This document shows, in pieces, positions 31,036-40,398 of a stretch of DNA of 64,000 bases. The DNA comes from Candidatus Micrarchaeota archaeon (GTDB taxonomy: Archaea; Micrarchaeota; Micrarchaeia; Norongarragalinales; SBBD01): NCBI GenBank assembly GCA_018819225.1, contig JAHJQN010000008.1, positions 32,001 through 96,000 of the forward strand. Reading direction: 5' to 3'. Below the pieces are notes generated by a model. It was not told the DNA's origin. It was given only the letters and a program-made list of their open reading frames with translations, and did no database searches. Position numbers and translations under genes: made by a program. Within the stretch, counting starts at the first letter, position 1; every line of letters starts with the position of its first letter.

Positions 31036-31476
31036 ATGAACGAAAAAATCAGGTATGCAATCGTGGGTTTCAAAGCCGGAGTCTGGGAAAAAAAGGGGGA
31101 GTTGGAACAACTCGTTGAGAAGCCGAGCATAAAAAGAACAGTGATCGCATTCTCGGGATATGCGGCAACGGCTGCACTCGTCATGGGATACCATATGGCT
31201 CAAACGGCTATGCTGGAGCGTAGTCTCACGCTGCCTATTCACTTGGGGGCAGCCGTAGCCACACCCATTATCCTGTTCGCATATGCCGCGCATACGAGTT
31301 ACTATCTACAAAACCGCTTGAATGTCGCATCCATCGCCGGATTGATCGGGCGATCTTCCCCGTATTTCGTTCTCGCCATTGCAATGGGAGGCGAAATATT
31401 GTTGGGATTGAACTTCGCGTTGGCCGCCCAAACGGCGAGCGAACTCGTGTTCCTCAAACTGCATCGCATGATCTAA
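31036..31476 (+). CDS. Hypothetical membrane protein (start at MNEKI)
   Basis: GAGGTG SD at 31021-31026; several TM segments. Confidence 0.65.
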   Translation: MNEKIRYAIVGFKAGVWEKKGELEQLVEKPSIKRTVIAFSGYAATAALVMGYHMAQTAMLERSLTLPIHLGAAVATPIILFAYAAHTSYYLQNRLNVASIAGLIGRSSPYFVLAIAMGGEILLGLNFALAAQTASELVFLKLHRMI

Positions 31477-31580
31477 GTCTCAAGAGACATGGGCGAAAAC
31501 GATGTCAGGGATATTAGTGCAAACTTGGAACAAGGGGGTATCCCGGTGGAAAGATAGAGGGTATAACCCTTGCTGCAAGC

Positions 31581-32207
31581 CTATTTCTTTTCCTTGAATA
31601 CCTCCCGTATTTCTTTCCCGAGATGATTGAAAAAGTCCTCGACTTCGTCACCCCATGCTTCCATTCGCTCTTCAAACGATGAATGGCTGGAGGAACGCGA
31701 ACGACGAGACCCATGGCGTTGCTTGTTACGAAAATGGGTTTTATCGCTTGAAACCCCATGCGGATGGATCGCACGATAAAAAATCGCGGCATACCCCACG
31801 AGTAGAATGATCAAGAAAACAGCTAAAATGGCCCATTCCATAAACGGCAATAAACGGTGCATGAATACACGATTCGAAAGCGACTCGGCCAACCCCATAA
31901 TGTTGAAAACGAAATAAACGAATAGGGCACCGCCTAACGCGTGAAACAACGGGGAAGGCAAGTTGAAAGGAAACGGAAACACGCCAAACAATTCCCCCAA
32001 GTATAACAAAAAGGAAAAGCCCAACAACAACAGCAAATTCTGGTTCAGGAACCAAATGATTTGAAGGAACAACGGATGCGGAAACGAAGGCGCACGCCAG
32101 TTGGCGATGGCCAGAAGAATCAAGAATACCAGTAACCCACCCAAACGTTCCAACGTAACCGATAACGCCGTGCGAGAATGAACCATATCCGCTGTCAATA
32201 CCCGCAT
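31581..32207 (-). CDS. Hypothetical membrane protein
   Basis: 4 TM with FPFNLPSPLF motif; charged tail WGDEVEDFF. Confidence 0.7.
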   Translation of the reverse strand: MRVLTADMVHSRTALSVTLERLGGLLVFLILLAIANWRAPSFPHPLFLQIIWFLNQNLLLLLGFSFLLYLGELFGVFPFPFNLPSPLFHALGGALFVYFVFNIMGLAESLSNRVFMHRLLPFMEWAILAVFLIILLVGYAAIFYRAIHPHGVSSDKTHFRNKQRHGSRRSRSSSHSSFEERMEAWGDEVEDFFNHLGKEIREVFKEKK

Positions 32208-32392
32208 TCGATATCCAATATAAACGCTTGCTCCAAAATGCCAGGCAAAGCGATCACCCGGCAGCTCGAAAATCCATGGAGCAAATCAAGGATACGCTTC
32301 AAACTTATTTTGGAAAAAAACCAGCAGGCGGTGTCTCGTACGAATAATCTCTAGAATGCAGGTTAATAAGAGATAGACGGTAAGCAGTTCTG

Positions 32393-33112
32393 GTGAAGCA
32401 GTTGAATAGCTACGGAATCGCGATCATCATTGCGCTAACGATCATGCTCGTAGGATGCACGCAACAAAGCCCGCAGCCCAATCCCACTCTGCCCCTGACT
32501 CCAACTTCTACCTTCGAACCAACGGAAGTTCCAACCATTGCCGCGACCATTGAACCGTCACCAACCGGACAGCCCACCGTAGCAGCAACCGAAACGCCGA
32601 CGCCTACGAAAGCACCTACATCGACTCCAACGGAAACGCCGACGCCCACTCCCACTCTAAAAGGACCCGTACTCGAAGCCTTCGAATGCGACGGCTGCGA
32701 TGAAGAAGAAGGCATTAACTTTAGCGCCAAAGGAGGAACGCCCACCGTACGCATCAACCTCACCAACCACGGCCCTGGAATGATTCGATCCATTACGTAC
32801 GGATTCGTATGCTACAAAAACGAAAATATCCAGATCCCGTACTTCGCTCCGTCGATAAGCCATTGGGGAGCCGTCAGTCCAACGGAAGGAACGTTCATCG
32901 TCGGATCCCTATCCATAGACGCAAAGCAATACACTCATCTTCAACACATCGACTTGAAAGAAGGGGATATTCTCCCCCTGTTCATCAAGCGTTTTCCAGG
33001 AGGAGTCAACAGACATTATGATTGCACGCTCTACATTACTAACCAAGTTAATTTTCTGAAAGATAAAATCAATCTCAACCAATCGTTCAGCATCGCGTTC
33101 AGCCCCCCGTAA
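32393..33112 (+). CDS. Lipoprotein with Pro/Thr-rich linker
   Basis: Lipobox MLVGC, TPTPT repeats, beta-rich C-terminal domain. Confidence 0.75.
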   Translation: MKQLNSYGIAIIIALTIMLVGCTQQSPQPNPTLPLTPTSTFEPTEVPTIAATIEPSPTGQPTVAATETPTPTKAPTSTPTETPTPTPTLKGPVLEAFECDGCDEEEGINFSAKGGTPTVRINLTNHGPGMIRSITYGFVCYKNENIQIPYFAPSISHWGAVSPTEGTFIVGSLSIDAKQYTHLQHIDLKEGDILPLFIKRFPGGVNRHYDCTLYITNQVNFLKDKINLNQSFSIAFSPP

Positions 33113-33299
33113 ACCGTGAAATGCAGGTAGGATTGTTAAAACAGGTGAGTCGACGATATCGAATAGGAGGATACCGGGAATCACCTTATTCGTCGTCAGG
33201 AGAGTCCCTTCACAGAAAAAAGATGGTTGACTTGCGATCGGAAAACCGTATAGACATGCGTTAATAAGCGATTTAAGTGTTAAATTCAGGGCGGTTAAC

Positions 33300-33460
33300 A
33301 TGAAAAAAAGGGGAAAAATAAGGATGCAAGAAAAATCTTGATTCCAGCTGGATTGTTCGTGGGACTCGGCGTTGGATTATGGCCGGGTAACGTTGGCGCA
33401 TTCGCACTCATTGGATTCGGACTCGGATTTCTAGCGTCGTACATGTTATCAAAGAAATAA
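33300..33460 (+). pseudogene. Small Gly-rich membrane protein frameshifted in an A7 run after the ATG
   Basis: One extra A gives MKKKGKNKDARKILIPAGLFVGLGVGLWPGNVGAFALIGFGLGFLASYMLSKK*. Confidence 0.5.
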
Positions 33461-33569
33461 CTGGCTTGAACAAGAAAAGCCGATGAATCGCGGCGAAAGA
33501 TTTAATGATTTGCGAAACGAATGAACATACCGAAACGGCTGCATCCGAATTTGCAGCATCATAAAAAAA

Positions 33570-34475
33570 CTACTTCATGTGCAGTTCTAAAATGTCTCGG
33601 TCATGCACGACGTAATCGCTGCTGACTTGTTGCCCAGGAAACTTCGCCGACCCCCATACTTTTGCATACTTCAAGTTCTGGTAAAACTCCTTGTGAATCT
33701 GTTTCGCCACGTCTTGAACCGTGGCCCCCCGACGGATCACGAACGGCTTGTTATTGTCGATTCCGCTCCGCGGAGACTTCGTAAAAATGCGGATCAAGTC
33801 CAGCTTCTGAACCAGCATTCTCTTAAACGGAAGCACCGACGAATGCGATAACGCGTCATAAGAGTAAAGCGAGGAATCTTGAAGCACTTCCGACTCCGGA
33901 GACAGCAAGGTTTTCTTGGATATCACGTACCACGCGTTCTCCGCATCACCGAAAAACGTCTTTTGCTGTTCCACCGACTGAAACGGATCAATGATCACGA
34001 GATTCAAATCGGCATTGCGTGCGAAACTCAAGAGTTTAGCGCGGTTGTTGTCCGTTGCCGAAGGCAAATCCAGTATCTGTAAGTCGATGCCTTCGAACAT
34101 GATCATGCCGGGAATCGCTTTCTGCGTCTCGAACGGGACGGGAGTTGACGGCGTCTTCAGGCTAGTCAATGCGTTGAACAAGGCCGTCTTGCCCGCGTTC
34201 GCGAAACCCAAGAGACAGATTTGAGCGGCGCCTTGCTTGCGAATGAAGTCGCCGTGCCCTTTCTTCGAAGCTTTCACGCGTTTTTCGACGAGTTGTTCTT
34301 TGCGAAGCTTGGAAAGCTTACCCTTAATTTCCAACAAAATGCTTTCCGACGACTTGTGTTTGGGGCACAAGCGCAGCATTTCCTGAAGGGCGATCAGCTT
34401 ATCCTCCGTCGTTTTAGCCTGGCGGTACTTCTCCTCCGCCGCGTAATACTCCGGACCGGCATTTAACGAAGCCAT
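33570..34475 (-). CDS. OBG/DRG-family GTPase with C-terminal TGS domain
   Basis: G1 GFANAGKT, IRKQGAAQ, TGS domain ATVQDVAKQIH...AKVWGSAKFPGQ. Confidence 0.85.
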   Translation of the reverse strand: MASLNAGPEYYAAEEKYRQAKTTEDKLIALQEMLRLCPKHKSSESILLEIKGKLSKLRKEQLVEKRVKASKKGHGDFIRKQGAAQICLLGFANAGKTALFNALTSLKTPSTPVPFETQKAIPGMIMFEGIDLQILDLPSATDNNRAKLLSFARNADLNLVIIDPFQSVEQQKTFFGDAENAWYVISKKTLLSPESEVLQDSSLYSYDALSHSSVLPFKRMLVQKLDLIRIFTKSPRSGIDNNKPFVIRRGATVQDVAKQIHKEFYQNLKYAKVWGSAKFPGQQVSSDYVVHDRDILELHMK

Positions 34476-34491
34476 TCAAATACCTAATGCG

Positions 34492-34521
34492 TTTTGATCG
34501 ACCTTTTATAAAATAGGTCGG
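34492..34521. repeat. Variant palindromic mini-repeat between duplicated gene-start segments
   Basis: TTTTGATCGACCTTTTATAAAATAGGTCGG; flanked by 34441-34473 and 34521-34553 (28/33 identical). Confidence 0.75.
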
Positions 34522-34605
34522 CGTACCAATCCGGACCCGCGTTTAACGAAGCCGGTACGTCAGTCAACCCCCCGAGAAAAGAAGGGAACGAATATTTTTA
34601 TTCGC

Positions 34606-35469
34606 TTATCCGACGGCTAGGAGAGCGGTCCCCGCGACCACGATAAGAATTCCGAGCCATTGATTGAATTCCAGGCGTTCGCGGAAGAAAAAGTAGCCCA
34701 ATGCAACGGCCACGAGCGGAAATGTCGCTGCCACGGGCATCACAAGTGAAGCCAAGTGCATGCGGACGCCGCTAACGTAACTGAAATTCGCGAGGCCGTA
34801 TAAAAACGAGGAAAGTACAACCAGTTTGAAAGGGGTTCCCGTCATGTCAACGCCTTTTTCGTTCCGGAACCAAAAAAACAAGGGAATCAAGCTGAACGAG
34901 TAGATTAGAAAAAGGGCTCCCAACGTACCGATTTGTTGGGACAACGGCTTGAGCAGGAATAGCGCGACGCCGTACGCCCCCGCAGAAAACAGGGAATGAA
35001 TGGCGCCTTGAACCGGTTTGGCGTGCGCACCAAATTTCTTAAAGTGCGAGTATTTCGTGGAAACGAGAACAACGCCTAAAATGATAAAGAAGACGAGGAG
35101 GCCTTGAAAGAAAGAAATGGATTCTCCCAAGAGAAAAACGGAGAGAATGACGACGAGAAGCGCATCCGACGCGTTAACGGGAACGACGATGGAAAGCGCG
35201 CCGGACTCCAATGCCTTGAAAAAGAAATAACTTCCCGCAGCCCATAACAATCCCGTGAACAAAGCGAGAACCGGGGGGTCATACGATGAGAGAACCACCT
35301 CGGCAGAGGAAAACAGGGCTACGGCAAAGAACGCGGCGAGAAAAAGATGGGTATAGAAGGCAACGGAACGAAAACTGATTTTTTGAAGAGCGCGCTTGCC
35401 GAAAAAATCCCCTAACCCCCAGAATAAGGCAGCGGCCAAACCGAAAGTGAGTTCCGGTATCATGAGCAT
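34606..35469 (-). CDS. DMT/EamA family transporter
   Basis: AALFWG start, two 5-TM repeats, LSVFLLGE and FFFRERL. Confidence 0.9.
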   Translation of the reverse strand: MLMIPELTFGLAAALFWGLGDFFGKRALQKISFRSVAFYTHLFLAAFFAVALFSSAEVVLSSYDPPVLALFTGLLWAAGSYFFFKALESGALSIVVPVNASDALLVVILSVFLLGESISFFQGLLVFFIILGVVLVSTKYSHFKKFGAHAKPVQGAIHSLFSAGAYGVALFLLKPLSQQIGTLGALFLIYSFSLIPLFFWFRNEKGVDMTGTPFKLVVLSSFLYGLANFSYVSGVRMHLASLVMPVAATFPLVAVALGYFFFRERLEFNQWLGILIVVAGTALLAVG

Positions 35470-35475
35470 CCCAGA

Positions 35476-36105
35476 TTACTTGCGGCGCTCGGCTTTGATC
35501 GCCACGAGCTCCTCGAAGAAAAAGCGCTCGCGCGCGTGAATGCGAGGATGAAAACCTTGAGAGCGGAGCATGGAAAGCGTTTTCTCGTACTTCGCCAGCG
35601 AAGAATCCGTCATCAACAACACGCCGGTTTTGGAAAGATGGGTGGAAAATTGTTTGAGAAACGGATCCGTGAACTTGCGGCCGTCCGCACCCCCATCCCA
35701 GGCATGACCAATCGGACCATCCACGATCTCATCATGATTCGTCGGCAGGTACGGCGGATTGAAGCAGATGGTGTCAAACATTTGACCTTCCAAACTCGAA
35801 AACAGGTCGGTTTCAAGAAAATGAACGGGTTTCATTGGAAGAGCCAGCTCGTTCACGTTCACTTTCACGTTCTCCAATGCGTACTGATTGCGATCGGCGA
35901 AAACGACTTCCGATACGTCGGGACGGCGTAATGCGACCAAGCCCTGCAAACCGGATCCGCAACCCAAATCCAGAAAACGGCCTTTCGCAAAGCGCTTGAC
36001 CAGCATCGCCAAGAGAACGGAGTCGTCGCGCGGCGTATACACGTTCGGGTGAATCTTAAGCGTTAAGTCCTCAAACCGGAACTCGGAATGCGCGAGGTTG
36101 GTCAT
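35476..36105 (-). CDS. HemK2/PrmC-related methyltransferase
   Basis: VYTPRDDS, LDLGCGSG, FNPPYLP, WDGGADGR. Confidence 0.9.
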   Translation of the reverse strand: MTNLAHSEFRFEDLTLKIHPNVYTPRDDSVLLAMLVKRFAKGRFLDLGCGSGLQGLVALRRPDVSEVVFADRNQYALENVKVNVNELALPMKPVHFLETDLFSSLEGQMFDTICFNPPYLPTNHDEIVDGPIGHAWDGGADGRKFTDPFLKQFSTHLSKTGVLLMTDSSLAKYEKTLSMLRSQGFHPRIHARERFFFEELVAIKAERRK

Positions 36106-36628
36106 AGTAATACCACAGGATGTAATAGGTAACAAGGAAAAGTACTAAAGACAATCGGAAGAGCACGTCATGGAATAAGATGGAGGCGGTAAGCTGATTG
36201 TTCGCGAAAAAGTGAACCGTTAACGCGATGCGGAACGCGTTAAAAATAAAAATGGCGAGAAGGCCTGCAAGAAAACCTTTAACGCGATAGGAGAGAGATT
36301 TCTCAAACGTGGCCATCAGGATACCAAGCAATACGGCAATTTCCACTTTCGCAGCACATAAGTCAATGATCTCGACCATGAAAGTCGACATACCGATTAT
36401 CGGATACGGATTTGAAGGAAGAACGTGAGCGGGTAGATGGAATACCGTGGAAAGCAAGAACGCGGAAGAATACGCCGCGATTAAATTCAACAACGAAAGG
36501 TTTTGAAGCAAAAGAAATGCGGGAATGGAGAGGACTAAGAACAACGCAATGAATTTAAAGGCGTCTTGCAAAGGATTATTTCTCTGTTTGCGCGCCTTCC
36601 TTTGTTTACGGGAAGCCTGCGAAGCCAT
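36071..36628 (-). CDS. Archaeosortase/exosortase family protein
   Basis: VEIIDLC (Cys), FNAFRI (Arg), FHDVLFR (His/Arg) in a multi-TM protein. Confidence 0.7.
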   Translation of the reverse strand: MASQASRKQRKARKQRNNPLQDAFKFIALFLVLSIPAFLLLQNLSLLNLIAAYSSAFLLSTVFHLPAHVLPSNPYPIIGMSTFMVEIIDLCAAKVEIAVLLGILMATFEKSLSYRVKGFLAGLLAIFIFNAFRIALTVHFFANNQLTASILFHDVLFRLSLVLFLVTYYILWYYYDQPRAFRVPV

Positions 36629-36732
36629 GAAACATAAACCCGATCGATAAGGGGGATATGGAGGCATAAAGGAAGGAATGACTTAAATACGCGCGCGTTG
36701 TACGGAAGGCACTAGATCAGGCACGAGATAAA

Positions 36733-38112
36733 ATGAAGAAGAAAAAGAAAAGCGAAGGATTCGACTGGAGCAAGCGAAAACGCTTATCTGGAAGTGAAAA
36801 AGTGCGGTTAGGCCTGTTCGTTGTACTTGCGCTCGCTGCATTCTTCTATTTGGCGACATCCACATTCAATAATTGGATCAAAGCAGGAAGCATCATCGTA
36901 TTGCTGAGCGGCTCCGGCATGATCATCCAGCGGCTGGCGCGCATCGAAGGATACTATGGGCTGTTAATATTGCGCGGAACCCGCGGATTCGGGGCCATGG
37001 AATACTTCTCCAAACATTTCGGGAAAACGGCCAGAGACTTGGCGGATTTTGGATTGAGCCTGAGCTTCGGAGCCCTATACTCTTACTGGTTATTTGGACG
37101 CACGAGTAAGAAAAAGTTTTTCGCCCACCTCATTGCGCTCGGAGCGTTCTTTTTGATACTGCAAACCGGGATCGCGCTTCAATTCGGTGAAATCGCTCCG
37201 GCCGTGTTCCTCCTCAATATGTCATTCGGACTACTCGCGCTTGGAACCCAAAGCCTCCTTTTTCAAGGCGCGCGCATTCTGACCTCGCCCGAATCTGCGG
37301 CGGGGGTCACATTAATTGTACCCGGCGTCACCGTGCCATGGGAAGGCATCATCGCGATCATTATCGCGGCCGGAGTTCACGAAATCGCCCACGGCATTTT
37401 ATGCCGCGTCGAGAAACTGGAAGTCAAGAACTCGGGAGCGATATTCCTGGGCGTGCTACCCATTGGAGCGTTCGTTGAACCCAACGAAGAAAAAATGAAG
37501 CGCATTGATGTGCATAAGAAACGACGCATTCTGGTAGCGGGAACCACGAGCAATTTTTTCCTGTTCCTCATCTTCACGTTGCTGACCCAAATCGTGGCAT
37601 TCGGACTTATTGGAATGACCAATCACATTCAAGTCGTAGGAGTCGCTGAAGAAGGAAGTGCGTTCGGCATCCTGGAAGAAAACGAAGTGATTGTCGCCAT
37701 CCAAGGGATACCCGTAAAAAGCTCGAACGAACTCGTTAATGAAGTACAGAAATTTGAAGCCGGCGCATTCGTACCATTAACCACGAACCTAGGAGAAAAA
37801 CACGTCCGGTTAATGGAAGGAAAGAAGATGGGCATCTTTCTGCAGGACGCGCCCTCACCCTCCAACGCGTTCGTGTTCGGCTTGCTCATGTTCGTATTCA
37901 TCGTATTCAATTTAACGGCGCTCATCAACTTCGCTCTCGCCGTAATCAACATCCTTCCCATCTTTCTCACCGACGGATATCGCATGGTATATGAAGAATC
38001 GCGCATCGCGTTCCCCAGCCCGGGTGACCAGAAAGCCCAGCGAATTGCCGTAGCCGTCGGAATCATTTCCGTATTGCTGCTGCTCATCAACTTCATTCCC
38101 TCGTTTCGATAG
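36733..38112 (+). CDS. Site-2 protease (M50) with PDZ-like insert
   Basis: HEIAH, GAFVEP, AG..SN, NILPIFLTDG. Confidence 0.92.
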   Translation: MKKKKKSEGFDWSKRKRLSGSEKVRLGLFVVLALAAFFYLATSTFNNWIKAGSIIVLLSGSGMIIQRLARIEGYYGLLILRGTRGFGAMEYFSKHFGKTARDLADFGLSLSFGALYSYWLFGRTSKKKFFAHLIALGAFFLILQTGIALQFGEIAPAVFLLNMSFGLLALGTQSLLFQGARILTSPESAAGVTLIVPGVTVPWEGIIAIIIAAGVHEIAHGILCRVEKLEVKNSGAIFLGVLPIGAFVEPNEEKMKRIDVHKKRRILVAGTTSNFFLFLIFTLLTQIVAFGLIGMTNHIQVVGVAEEGSAFGILEENEVIVAIQGIPVKSSNELVNEVQKFEAGAFVPLTTNLGEKHVRLMEGKKMGIFLQDAPSPSNAFVFGLLMFVFIVFNLTALINFALAVINILPIFLTDGYRMVYEESRIAFPSPGDQKAQRIAVAVGIISVLLLLINFIPSFR

Positions 38113-38127
38113 AACAGGTGATAGGAA

Positions 38128-38304
38128 ATGAAATTCGTTCACCAACACGTCAACAAAGTTTACCGGAAAAACCGAAACCGCTTGCGACAGCGAATGAGTC
38201 CAAAACAGCGCGAAGCATTCCTGAGAAAAGTGATCCGGGAAGCCGTGCGGGAAGGGATCCACCACGGAACCACCACGACCATAAAAAAACGGAAGACGTC
38301 CTGA
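38128..38304 (+). CDS. Small 58-aa highly basic protein absent from the ORF track
   Basis: AGGTGA SD upstream; MKFVHQHVNKVYRKNRNRLRQRMSPKQREAFLRKVIREAVREGIHHGTTTTIKKRKTS; fits between the flanking genes. Confidence 0.55.
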   Translation: MKFVHQHVNKVYRKNRNRLRQRMSPKQREAFLRKVIREAVREGIHHGTTTTIKKRKTS

Positions 38305-38305
38305 A

Positions 38306-39307
38306 TCAAGCGAACTCGAGCAGAGACTGAGCCGGACGATTATGAAGCTCGGCCGCCGGAATCGCATGGAATCCCCTTCGTTTCAGCTGGCGCGCGAAAC
38401 GCGCGTTGTATCCGTGCATGCACACGATACGACGAGGATGCGCGCGCTCCACGTAATCGACCAATTCCTTGAAATCCGCGTGATCCGACAGACAAAACGA
38501 GGCATGCGCATTCGGAGTCATGCCCACCAAATCCCAACCGGACGCGACCGCGCATTTTACCTTTCGACGGTATAAATTGGAAAGGGAAGAAGCCAGTGAA
38601 AGGTTAACGGACTGATACGGAAAAACGGCCACGAATTGTTTCTTGAGCATGGACGCGCCCTCCAACGAGTTTTCACTCAACGCATGCAAGGTCACGCCAT
38701 GTCGGGTATACACTTGATTGACCGCGTGAATCGTTGAATCAACCACTGGAACCGTATCCAGGTACTCGTTAACGAATGCCACGAGTTCCTGCGCCTTACC
38801 CAAAGAATAGCCCCCAAAAACGAGTGAATGACCTTGCCGCAACTCCGATTTCGCCCAAGAGGCCATCTTCTCGCATACGTCTCGAAAATCCGGAAAATCG
38901 TATTGAGGCAACCCGTACGTGCATTCAATGGCCAGCGTATCCACCTCGCGAACCTCCGCCGCCTTGTTCGTCAAAGAGTCCCGGAGCTTGAAATCCCCCG
39001 TATACGTGAACGAGAATCCGTCCGACAAATGCAATTGCGTGGAGCCGAGAATATGGCCCGCATTCAATAATTCCATTTTAAGATCCGATGGAAACCGTTT
39101 TTTCAAGTGAATATCGGGTTTCGCGTACTTGCGAACTCGAAGTAAATCAAAGGTGGCATCCGAAGCAATCAAACCCTTTGCCGAACGAACGCCTGAAACG
39201 TGATCCGAGTGAGCGTGAGAGCAGAAACCGAGTTCGCCGCGGCAGTCCAATGCGATTTGATGAATGCCAGCGTGCACATAGACCTTTTTTTGTGAAGCAG
39301 TGAGCAT
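38306..39307 (-). CDS. Metallo-beta-lactamase/beta-CASP nuclease
   Basis: SHAHSDH, AGHILGS, YTGD, ECTYG, SDHAD, HG. Confidence 0.88.
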   Translation of the reverse strand: MLTASQKKVYVHAGIHQIALDCRGELGFCSHAHSDHVSGVRSAKGLIASDATFDLLRVRKYAKPDIHLKKRFPSDLKMELLNAGHILGSTQLHLSDGFSFTYTGDFKLRDSLTNKAAEVREVDTLAIECTYGLPQYDFPDFRDVCEKMASWAKSELRQGHSLVFGGYSLGKAQELVAFVNEYLDTVPVVDSTIHAVNQVYTRHGVTLHALSENSLEGASMLKKQFVAVFPYQSVNLSLASSLSNLYRRKVKCAVASGWDLVGMTPNAHASFCLSDHADFKELVDYVERAHPRRIVCMHGYNARFARQLKRRGFHAIPAAELHNRPAQSLLEFA

Positions 39308-39421
39308 GACAGCAATACGGCAAACGCATTAAAAAACGGAAGCAAGCGCCGTTCCAGTGAATAAGCGTTTCAAATCCATAAAATCGTTCAGCTTAAAAAG
39401 CTGTAAAGTGTTTCTCAAGAC

Positions 39422-40315
39422 ATGGTCATTGAGTCGATGGTGAGTCCATTGAAAGCGGAAAAGAACCCGCCGGCCATCATGTTGCTGGGATTCACCTTCG
39501 TAACGCTCGCCGTATGGCTTGCGACCGCCGTACTGGAAATCGAGCCGAAAAGCATGATGATGCTGGTATTCGTCGTCATTCCGAGTATTCCGTTCATATT
39601 AAAATTGTTTGAATCCGATGAAATGGCACTCGAAGAAGGACGCGTGCTCGGAAGCCGAACGCTTGCCAAACACTTTTCAGTGATTTTGGTCCTCATCGCA
39701 TACTTCCTTGGAATGACCATTGGATTCACGTTCTGGTACGTGTATTTGCCGGAGGAATTAGCTCATGATGTCTTCTCGATTCAAATTGAGGAACTCAAAG
39801 GCATCAAAGCCATTGGCGCCAACTTGAGCGGGGCGTTCTTGTTCACGCTTACGGGATTAACGCAAAGCGCAGAAACCGGAGCGGCTACCAGTGAAAAATT
39901 CGCCCCCACATTCGAAATCATATTCCTGCATAATTTATGGGTGTTATTTCTTATCATCGCATTTTCGGTGATATACGGTGCAGGGTCCGTATTTATCCTG
40001 GTCTGGAACGCAAGCGTTGTCGGCGTATTCCTAGCGAATTTCGCGCGACAATTCGTATTTCACGAAAGCACGTATACGCTCGCGTCCGGCGTCGGCGTCG
40101 GATTACTTGGATTGATTCCGCACGGATCGTTCGAGTTGTTGAGCTATTTGATCGGCGCGATGGCTGGAGGCGTGTTAAGCGCGGCTATCGTCCGCGGAAG
40201 GTTTTCGCAAGGACGCTTCTGGGAAATCATGCGAGACGTTGCCAAAATGATGGCGTGGGCCATCGTCCTACTCGCATTGGGCGCGTTAGTCGAAAGCGGT
40301 GCCATCGTTTTCTGA
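39422..40315 (+). CDS. SpoIIM-family membrane protein
   Basis: IFLHNL, WNASVVG, LIPHGSFELLSY, GALVES. Confidence 0.85.
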   Translation: MVIESMVSPLKAEKNPPAIMLLGFTFVTLAVWLATAVLEIEPKSMMMLVFVVIPSIPFILKLFESDEMALEEGRVLGSRTLAKHFSVILVLIAYFLGMTIGFTFWYVYLPEELAHDVFSIQIEELKGIKAIGANLSGAFLFTLTGLTQSAETGAATSEKFAPTFEIIFLHNLWVLFLIIAFSVIYGAGSVFILVWNASVVGVFLANFARQFVFHESTYTLASGVGVGLLGLIPHGSFELLSYLIGAMAGGVLSAAIVRGRFSQGRFWEIMRDVAKMMAWAIVLLALGALVESGAIVF

Positions 40316-40398
40316 AAACGAAGTTGGAAAAAATAAAAGAAGGCTTTAAAAGGGCGATATCCCAAAGTGTTTGCCAGTCTCATGTTGGTGGCTCGTTC

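Noticed and set aside
39937-40398. N-terminal extension of UppS in the ORF track
   Set aside because: Overlaps the SpoIIM gene; homology begins at MALKSLAIIPDG (40399).
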